Notes: generated from the sequence alone by a model not told the origin. DNA of 10,401 nucleotides from Candidatus Heimdallarchaeota archaeon (GCA_021399395.1 JAAFKJ010000132.1:1-10401); one strand, 5' to 3'. Counted from the stretch's first letter, positions 1 through 6,559 are shown. Translations and numbers: made by a program.

Positions 1-1395
1 ATTGACTATAGAAATTGCTTTTTCAATCAGATCTTGTTTTCTTTCGAGAACATAAGGGTCCCAAATCATCGCGGGTTGACCTTCAAGACATTTTGCAATT
101 ACTTGCTTGGCTATTTTGCAACTTTCAATCACATTCTCAGGAGTAGCAGCATGATTTGCTTCACTATAGCTTACAACATGAACAATATGTGGATTAAGTT
201 GCATCTGCAACATTGTTGATTGAGCTAGTTGCCCTTTCGCCATATCAAAATCTATAGGATAGCTAAATAAGCCCGTTCTTGTTTGAGTATAAACAGTAAA
301 ATTTTCATCTTGCAGAGATTCAATCATCTCTTTTTGAGCTAGCATCTTTGCCAAATCATCTCTCTGATTTGTTTGAGGAGGAGTATTAAACATATATTGT
401 GAGAAAAAATTTCTTACACCCAATTTTTTGCATATATCAGCACCCAAAAATCCTGATGCTATTGCTACTTCATCCTTTGCATCTCTCAATGACCAATGAT
501 GTGATTCAAGAATCTCAACAGGAATTTCTTTTTCAGCATACCATTTTATAGCATCAAGATGAGACCGTATGGAAGATTCTAACTCCATTGGACCTCTTCC
601 ATCCATTTGATTAAACCAAAAAATAGGTATTGCAGCCCAAGCATTATCTATTGTATCAACATAAAGCTCAGCTAATTCAACCAAATCATCTGTTCCTGCA
701 TAAGTTCGCATTAATGGAAAATTTCCAAATCTTGAAGCCTTAAAAAGTTGTACAAAATCCTCTTTTGTTCGAACAGGAACACCCCCCGCACCTTTTCCAG
801 AACTCATTCTTTCAGGATGGAAGAAGTGTGCTTGAGCATTTTGGTCAGTTCCTAAAGAAATAACATCAAGACATTTACTCTCAGCAATTTTCTTAATTCC
901 CTTAGCTGTTTCGTTTAAAGTAGGTAATCCAAAATGATGTCTTAAAACTGGAAAAGGATATTTAGAGTCTATCCTTTTAATGATATTTTGATGAGGTACC
1001 AGATATTTATCTTTCACAACTACTCCTTTAAGATAAGAAATAGCTTGTTCAGCATCATCACCTTGAAAATAAGCACTAAAGAAACCTTCTTGTTTTTCAC
1101 TCTGAACAAGTTCTGGTAAACCTCCTAGAATAAATTCTCTTTCCTGTAATCCTTCTTCTGTAATTCTTCTTTTTATTTTTCTAAGAATTTCAATTCCTGT
1201 CTTAGGAGTTAATCTATAACTCAAACCTACTACATCAGGATTATGTTCTCTAATTGCTTCAATGAGTTGGTCAGTATCTACAGCAGGACCCAAAAATATT
1301 GTTTCATAATGCTGATTTTCTGCTATTTTCAAGAATCTATGAATTCCAGCAATATGAACGCAATCACCAATGCAAGCTCCTAGTATTTTTTTCAT
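1..1395 (-). CDS. Cobalamin-dependent protein: N-terminal B12-binding domain fused to a glutamate mutase E-like TIM barrel (3' end runs off the window)
   Basis: Translated by hand: ATG at 1395, 465 codons with no stop to position 1, which is why the ORF track misses it. Begins MKKILGACIGDCVHIAGIHRFLKIAE. C12-x-H14-x-x-G17, 41 residues, S59-Y-R-L, then G91-G92 follows the DxHxxG-x41-SxL-x26-28-GG base-off/His-on motif with substitutions. Downstream segments (PVLRHHFGLPTL, DVISLGTDQNAQ, GGVPV, SYPIDFDMAKGQL, HIVHVVSYSEANHAATPE) occur in the same order as GlmE segments recalled from memory. Confidence 0.85.
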   Translation of the reverse strand, partial: MKKILGACIGDCVHIAGIHRFLKIAENQHYETIFLGPAVDTDQLIEAIREHNPDVVGLSYRLTPKTGIEILRKIKRRITEEGLQEREFILGGLPELVQSEKQEGFFSAYFQGDDAEQAISYLKGVVVKDKYLVPHQNIIKRIDSKYPFPVLRHHFGLPTLNETAKGIKKIAESKCLDVISLGTDQNAQAHFFHPERMSSGKGAGGVPVRTKEDFVQLFKASRFGNFPLMRTYAGTDDLVELAELYVDTIDNAWAAIPIFWFNQMDGRGPMELESSIRSHLDAIKWYAEKEIPVEILESHHWSLRDAKDEVAIASGFLGADICKKLGVRNFFSQYMFNTPPQTNQRDDLAKMLAQKEMIESLQDENFTVYTQTRTGLFSYPIDFDMAKGQLAQSTMLQMQLNPHIVHVVSYSEANHAATPENVIESCKIAKQVIAKCLEGQPAMIWDPYVLERKQDLIEKAISIVN

Positions 1396-1401
1396 CCTAA
1401 C

Positions 1402-2508
1402 TCATCTAGCTGCTGTTTTGTATTCTGTAATTTTTTCTAGTTTAGACACCGCTTTTAGATCTTCAAATATTGTATTAGCGTGAAGTCCTAACCTGTACAA
1501 ATTTCTTCCTTTACTTCTAAAATCAACCTTTAGCTCATTTGATGCTTTGTTTATCAATTCATCAGTATAGCTTGTATCAACATCGACAGATTTACCAAGT
1601 TCAGAAAAGGGAACAAGACCTGTAGGGATGTCTTCTGTTAAATATCTCATATCAAAAGTTGTAGGAGCTACCAATCCTGAATAGAAAGGATTGTTGTGTA
1701 AAGCATCAAAAAGATTAGTGTCTGGAAGACTATATCTCTCACATAACCACTCTCTAATTGATTGAACTTCTACTCCAAACTTTCTTGCTATATTTCGTCT
1801 TTCACTATCAACTTGTTCCATATAGTCGACTACTTCCCTTGTAGCTCCGTCTTTGTAAAAATCAAATGCTTCTTTCTTCTTTATTCTCTCTTTATTCAAT
1901 AGTGTTATTGTTGGATGGAAAACTGCCCCAATATTTCCTAAACTTGTTTTTAAGAAGTTCTCAACTGCATAGAATTGAGGATAACTTTCATTTAATTTTG
2001 AAATTACATGAGATGTACGATGATTAGGTATAACTGATACAGATACAGATTTCTTGATACCTTTAATATCACTTAATCCAGGTCTTATGGTTCTCGTAGC
2101 ATATATCAATGTATTAGCTTCAGCTACAGTTACATCTGCATCCAAACCACCTTCCAGAAGAGCATTCATAAATTCTAGAATCCCAAAAGTTCTTCCAGGA
2201 TTTAAGACAATTATTTGACCCTTTCTAAGATGAGGTGCTAATGCAGTTGCTATATCATAATGTCCAGTAGCAGTAGTTACTACCATTATTAATTCTGTTC
2301 CATTTATAGCTTCTGAAATATCGGTAGTTACTAGATTTAGCTTCCCTTTTGATTGTACTTCGCCTATTAATTCAATTTCTTTATTGTTCAAAAGTAGACG
2401 GACTCTTTCCAAAGATCTATTGTATAGATTTACTTTATTTCCTTTACTTGCTAGAAATCCTGCAATTGCATGACCTCCACACCCAGCACCAATTATTGCG
2501 ATATTCAC
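1402..2508 (-). CDS. NAD(P)-dependent opine (octopine/nopaline) dehydrogenase family protein
   Basis: 368 aa, GTG start with GGTGA RBS at 2513-2517. Rossmann motif IAIIGAGCGG, VLNPGRT, family His motif NIGAVFHP and C-terminal RYLTEDIPTGL, as in Arthrobacter-type N-(1-carboxyethyl)-norvaline dehydrogenase. Confidence 0.92.
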   Translation of the reverse strand: MNIAIIGAGCGGHAIAGFLASKGNKVNLYNRSLERVRLLLNNKEIELIGEVQSKGKLNLVTTDISEAINGTELIMVVTTATGHYDIATALAPHLRKGQIIVLNPGRTFGILEFMNALLEGGLDADVTVAEANTLIYATRTIRPGLSDIKGIKKSVSVSVIPNHRTSHVISKLNESYPQFYAVENFLKTSLGNIGAVFHPTITLLNKERIKKKEAFDFYKDGATREVVDYMEQVDSERRNIARKFGVEVQSIREWLCERYSLPDTNLFDALHNNPFYSGLVAPTTFDMRYLTEDIPTGLVPFSELGKSVDVDTSYTDELINKASNELKVDFRSKGRNLYRLGLHANTIFEDLKAVSKLEKITEYKTAAR

Positions 2509-2639
2509 TTAATCACCCACTTAGGGTTAAGTGAGTGAGGTGATTCCGTTTTAAACGCTATTTTTCTCGTAACAAAGTGGTGTTGACAAACTAATTTTAA
2601 ATTAAAGTTGCTTTCTCTGTTTTTTGTTTCTTCATACAT
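2505..2639 (-). CDS. Putative 44-aa leader peptide (uORF)
   Basis: MYEETKNRESNFNLKLVCQHHFVTRKIAFKTESPHSLNPKWVIK*. AGGTGA RBS at 2645-2650 lies 5 nt before the ATG. The TGA (2505-2507) overlaps the GTG (2506-2508) of the dehydrogenase gene as GTGA. Absent from the ORF track, probably because of its length. Confidence 0.6.
   Translation of the reverse strand: MYEETKNRESNFNLKLVCQHHFVTRKIAFKTESPHSLNPKWVIK
2513..2538 (-). promoter_or_regulatory. RBS-sequestering hairpin upstream of the opine dehydrogenase gene
   Basis: The mRNA strand reads TCACTCACTTA-ACCC-TAAGTGGGTGA: an 11-bp stem (10 Watson-Crick pairs and one U-G) with a 4-nt loop. The 3' arm contains the GGTGA RBS. The wobble pair forms only on the minus (mRNA) strand. 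Confidence 0.7.
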
Positions 2640-3014
2640 TTTTTTCACCTATTTTCTTTATATCATAGTAATAATGGCTTGTTAAGAATCACTCCTGAAG
2701 TTTCAAGGAGGAAACAGTTCTAAGTAAATAGAGTAGTTTTTGATATTTATATACCAAACAAAGCCAATTTTCGATAGAGATTCTATTATTATAGTTCCCA
2801 ATCGAGCATTATAGTTAGTCAAACAGTTAATAAATCGTATCTTTAAATAGTTATTCTTTTATTAGTCTATATTTGAACAAATACTTATAAGTAGAAATGA
2901 TAAACCATATGTTAAATCCATTATTAATTAAATCAAAGTATAAATAATATATTGTTTTCAATAGTGATTATCATAAAGAAACACTTGAGTTATGAAACTT
3001 TTTTTTCATTTAAT

Positions 3015-3033
3015 CGTAAAAAATCTTTTAAAA
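3015..3033 (+). promoter_or_regulatory. Candidate archaeal BRE/TATA promoter for the MttB-family gene
   Basis: An A-rich run CGTAAAAAA followed by TTTTAAAA (3026-3033), 48 nt before the ATG. The AT-rich context makes chance matches likely. Confidence 0.3.
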
Positions 3034-3081
3034 TGCTAGCTTATTACATACATAATTGACTAATTATCTGAGTTAACAATT

Positions 3082-4530
3082 ATGAGACCTGTTATCAATA
3101 TTCTTGAAGAGGAACTAAAGGAAAAAGTTGTAATTGAAGCAATGGAAATCCTAGAAGAAATTGGGTTTTTTGTTGAAAATAATGAAGCTATTAAGATTCT
3201 ACAAACTGAGGGAATTGATATAGATTTAGAAGAAAAACGTGCAAAACTTCCACGCGATTTAGTTAAGAAAGCATTGAAAAGTGCTCCACCCTCTATTCCG
3301 CTCTTTGATAGAGAAGGTGATTTAGTAACAAAACTTGAGGGAGATAATATTTGCTTCGATCCTGGTTCAGCAGCCTTGAATGTTTTAGATCCAGAAACCA
3401 ATGAAATAAGATCAGCTATTACAAAGGATTTTGTTGATTTCACCAAGGTAGTTGACCAACTTGAACACATTCATGCTCAAAGTACAGCAATAACTTGTTC
3501 AGACGTCCCTGCAGAAATAGGTGATAGATATAGGTTACTGATTACTTTATTATTTTCAAGGAAACCAATTGTAACGGGAACCTTCGCAAAGGAATCATTT
3601 GAAGTTATGAAAGATATGCTTATAGCAGTAAGGGGGAGTGAAGAGGAACTCAGAAGAAAGCCTTTAGCGATATTTGATGCATGTCCTTCACCACCATTGA
3701 AGTGGAGTGATTTAACATGTCAGAGTATTATTGATTGTGCAAAATATGGAATACCTTCAGAATTTGTATCAATGCCTATGACTGGAGCTAATGCACCTGT
3801 TACTATACTTGGAGCAATAGTTCAACATGCTGCAGAAACATTAGCTGGATTAGTAATAACTCAACTTGTATCACCTGGAGCGCCTGTAATATGGGGTGGT
3901 TCGCCTGCAGTTTTTGACATGCGAAAAGCGACAACACCCATGGGTTCTATTGATACAATGATACTAGATTTAGGGTATGTTGAAATCGGTAAATATCTCA
4001 ATCTACCTACTCATGCTTACTTGGGAATGTCAGATACAAAAATACTAGACATGCAATCAGGATTTGAATCCGGTATGGGGGCACTTCTTGCTGGTGTTAA
4101 GGGAGTAAACATGATATCAGGGGCAGGTATGATTGATTTTGAGACAACTCAAAGTATTCAGAAAGTTGTAATAGACAACCAGATGATTGGGATGATTTAC
4201 AAGTTCAATAAAGGGATAATCCAGAGAGATGAGCCAATTGCTAAGAATTTACTAATTGATTTAGAAGAGAAAACGCATCTACTTTCTCATGATCATACTT
4301 TGAAATGGTTCCGAGAAGAGCACTTCATCCCGAACAAAATCATAGATAGGTCCACTAATGAAGAATGGATAAACACAGGAAGAAAAAACGTCAACCAAAG
4401 ATCAAAGGAAGAGGTTGATAAACTCCTGAACAAGTATTCTGGTGTTTCTCTCGAAAAGGATGAAGTTTCTAGTTTGATAGATATAATGAGCTACAAAAAA
4501 ATTGATTTTAGAAAAAGATTGAATCTGTAA
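3082..4530 (+). CDS. mttB: Trimethylamine:corrinoid methyltransferase (MttB) superfamily protein, non-pyrrolysine type
   Basis: 482 aa with family motifs ILEEIG, ALKSAP, CPSPPL, MPMTGANAPVTILGAIVQHAAETLAG, PGAPVIWG, DMRKAT and SDTKILDMQSGFE. There is no in-frame TAG, and Met316 occupies the site equivalent to pyrrolysine. The symbol denotes family membership only; the substrate is unknown. Confidence 0.93.
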   Translation: MRPVINILEEELKEKVVIEAMEILEEIGFFVENNEAIKILQTEGIDIDLEEKRAKLPRDLVKKALKSAPPSIPLFDREGDLVTKLEGDNICFDPGSAALNVLDPETNEIRSAITKDFVDFTKVVDQLEHIHAQSTAITCSDVPAEIGDRYRLLITLLFSRKPIVTGTFAKESFEVMKDMLIAVRGSEEELRRKPLAIFDACPSPPLKWSDLTCQSIIDCAKYGIPSEFVSMPMTGANAPVTILGAIVQHAAETLAGLVITQLVSPGAPVIWGGSPAVFDMRKATTPMGSIDTMILDLGYVEIGKYLNLPTHAYLGMSDTKILDMQSGFESGMGALLAGVKGVNMISGAGMIDFETTQSIQKVVIDNQMIGMIYKFNKGIIQRDEPIAKNLLIDLEEKTHLLSHDHTLKWFREEHFIPNKIIDRSTNEEWINTGRKNVNQRSKEEVDKLLNKYSGVSLEKDEVSSLIDIMSYKKIDFRKRLNL

Positions 4531-4560
4531 TGCCGTCACTAAAATGTAATGCTATCCAGT

Positions 4561-4573
4561 AAAGGTTTTATAT
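4561..4573 (+). promoter_or_regulatory. Candidate BRE/TATA promoter for the surface protein gene
   Basis: AAAGG followed by TTTTATAT (4566-4573), about 31 nt upstream of the ATG at 4605. It overlaps the ORF-track start at 4572, which argues that 4605 is the real start. Confidence 0.5.
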
Positions 4574-4604
4574 GGCATTCAACCTAAATTATTATTGTGA
4601 TTCA

Positions 4605-6470
4605 ATGAAAATAAGAAAACAAACACAATTAGCTTTACTTACATTGGTTATGCTTTTGACAACTACTTTATCATCAGTATCCATTGGTAGAGCTCAAGAA
4701 AATAACGGAAGGGTCAACTATCAAATGAACTACACAGAAAGTGTTCCGTTAATAATAACAACCAATTCTGATCTCGTTGGAAATGCTTCCTCTGGTGATG
4801 GCTCTCCTGGTAATCCTTACATATTAGAAGATTTAAACATAACAACAACCGGAAATTATGCTATTTATATAGAAGGCACTACTAGTAATTTTATAATAAG
4901 AAATTGTCTTCTGATTGCAAACATAGCTGCAATTCACATCCAGGATGTTACTGCTAATACTGCAGATATTACAAACAACATTCTGAAAGGTGTAAATAGA
5001 GCAATTCGAATTGCTAATACAGACTATGTGAACATAACAGACAATATTTGTTATGAGAGTTCTGATGGGATGTATTTACATGATTCTGATTATCTATATT
5101 TGGAAAATAACACAATCTATGGAGGAGCAAATGGAGTCTATGCAGAGACATGCAATTACTGTAATTATACTTCCAATATCGGTTATTCAAATAGTCAATA
5201 TGGATTATACATATACAGTAGTAATTTCAATTATTTAATCAATAACACTTGCTACGGCAACACTCGTTCGGGTATTTATTTGAGTTATACTGTAGGTTCA
5301 TACGTAGCAGAGAATGAATGTTATAGTAATAACTATAGTGGAATTTACGTCCTAAATGGAGATTCTGGCACTATAGAATTTAACAATCTACACAATAATA
5401 ATAGACATGGTATAAGAGTTCAGGGTGCAGATTCTTTTTCTGTTGTGAACAATACTTTAAATGACAATGACTGGCATGGAATTTTTAATGACAATGCGGC
5501 CAATACTATTATTGCAAACAATACTGCAATTAAAGATGGTTTTGGTATATTTGCTTCAAGTCAGTCAGCTTTTACTAATTTAGTTGTTGAAGACAATATT
5601 GTAAACGGTAAACCTTTAGGGCTATTATATGGTTTAGGAGAGGTAATACTAACTCCAAATGTTTATGGTCAATTAATCTTAGCATTTTGTTCTGGAACAA
5701 CTGTACAAGACTATACTATTCATGATACAAGCATTGGTCTAATTATGCAGGGGTGTGATTCAGTAATAGTAAATAATTGTGATTTCGATGATAACAACTA
5801 TGGAAGCATCCTTGATCATTCTTCAATGAACCTTCAAATTTCAAATACAAAATGCAGTTTCAATGAAGAATACGGCGGCATATACAGCATTGGTTCTATG
5901 AATACTACAGCCTACAATTGTACAGCAAACAACAATCAATTTGGGATATTTTTCTTAGGTAATAGTGCATTCAATGTAACAGATTGTACAAGCAATTTCA
6001 ATTCTTGGTACAACACCCGCTTTCAAGGTGGCGCAGCTGGTAACATCAGACATAATGAAATTTCCCACAGTTCAAATGTAGGAATGTTACTCTACAATTG
6101 TGATTATACAAATATATCATATAATTTCTTCGAGAACAATATTGGTTATGCTATTTACTCGGATGGTGGTTCTATGTTTAATTGGATTCATCATAATGCT
6201 TTCATTAGCAATAATGGTGGTAATACCCAAGCTTATGATGACTCCTTGTTGAACATGTGGGATGACCCGTGGAACACTGAAGGAAACTATTGGGACGATT
6301 ACGGAGGTACTGGCAATTATACTTTAGATGGCATTGGTAATGCAAATGACTCATTTCCATTAGGTGAGATTCCTCCAGGAATACCAGAATTTGATAATCT
6401 AAAATACCTCATTCTATTAGTACCTGTAGTATTCATTTGCTTATCATTAATTCGAAGAAGAAGGAAATAA
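4605..6470 (+). CDS. Secreted parallel beta-helix (NosD/PbH1-type) cell-surface glycoprotein with PEF-CTERM sorting signal
   Basis: Signal peptide MKIRKQTQLALLTLVMLLTTTLSSVS; GDGSPGNPYILEDLNI motif; many N-N-x-x-G-I-Y-L-type turns; GNYWDDY near the C-terminus; ends IPEF, hydrophobic helix, RRRRK. The ORF track starts at 4572; 4605 is preferred because it puts the signal peptide at the N-terminus. Confidence 0.88.
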   Translation: MKIRKQTQLALLTLVMLLTTTLSSVSIGRAQENNGRVNYQMNYTESVPLIITTNSDLVGNASSGDGSPGNPYILEDLNITTTGNYAIYIEGTTSNFIIRNCLLIANIAAIHIQDVTANTADITNNILKGVNRAIRIANTDYVNITDNICYESSDGMYLHDSDYLYLENNTIYGGANGVYAETCNYCNYTSNIGYSNSQYGLYIYSSNFNYLINNTCYGNTRSGIYLSYTVGSYVAENECYSNNYSGIYVLNGDSGTIEFNNLHNNNRHGIRVQGADSFSVVNNTLNDNDWHGIFNDNAANTIIANNTAIKDGFGIFASSQSAFTNLVVEDNIVNGKPLGLLYGLGEVILTPNVYGQLILAFCSGTTVQDYTIHDTSIGLIMQGCDSVIVNNCDFDDNNYGSILDHSSMNLQISNTKCSFNEEYGGIYSIGSMNTTAYNCTANNNQFGIFFLGNSAFNVTDCTSNFNSWYNTRFQGGAAGNIRHNEISHSSNVGMLLYNCDYTNISYNFFENNIGYAIYSDGGSMFNWIHHNAFISNNGGNTQAYDDSLLNMWDDPWNTEGNYWDDYGGTGNYTLDGIGNANDSFPLGEIPPGIPEFDNLKYLILLVPVVFICLSLIRRRRK

Positions 6471-6497
6471 TCTTTCTTCATTTTCTCTCCTTTTTTC
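6471..6497 (+). terminator. Pyrimidine/oligo-T tract, candidate archaeal intrinsic terminator
   Basis: TCTTTCTTCATTTTCTCTCCTTTTTTC immediately follows the stop codon at 6470. Confidence 0.5.
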
Positions 6498-6559
6498 AAA
6501 TGTAGTATAATCACAATTTAGATAAGGGTCATTGTTTTTTTAGACGTGGAGACCCTCTA

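Noticed and set aside
34-219. 61-aa plus-strand ORF
   Set aside because: Antisense shadow inside the cobalamin-dependent protein gene, with no recognisable motifs.
2349-2534. 61-aa plus-strand ORF
   Set aside because: Antisense to the opine dehydrogenase start and leader; no homology signal seen.
2537-2545. GAGGTGATT as a plus-strand RBS
   Set aside because: No start codon at a suitable distance downstream; better explained as the anti-RBS element on the minus strand.
2660-2820. Cobalamin or glycine riboswitch
   Set aside because: Only fragments are present (GGGAA at 2795-2799; AAACTTCAGG). The conserved B12-box, GCCACTG and glycine aptamer cores were not found.
3060-3470. 136-aa minus-strand ORF
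   Set aside because: Ser-rich antisense shadow of the MttB-family gene.
3082-4530. Pyrrolysine recoding in MttB
   Set aside because: No in-frame TAG; Met occupies the equivalent position.
4530-4562. 10-codon ORF overlapping the MttB stop (TAATG)
   Set aside because: Very short, no RBS seen, and it runs into the likely promoter of the next gene.
5053-5238. 61-aa alternative-frame ORF
   Set aside because: Out-of-frame product of the AAT-rich beta-helix coding sequence.
4572-6470. True nosD (nitrous oxide reductase maturation) assignment
   Set aside because: No nos genes in the window; the architecture fits a generic archaeal beta-helix surface protein.
6317-6514. 65-aa minus-strand ORF
   Set aside because: Antisense to the surface protein C-terminus and its terminator tract.
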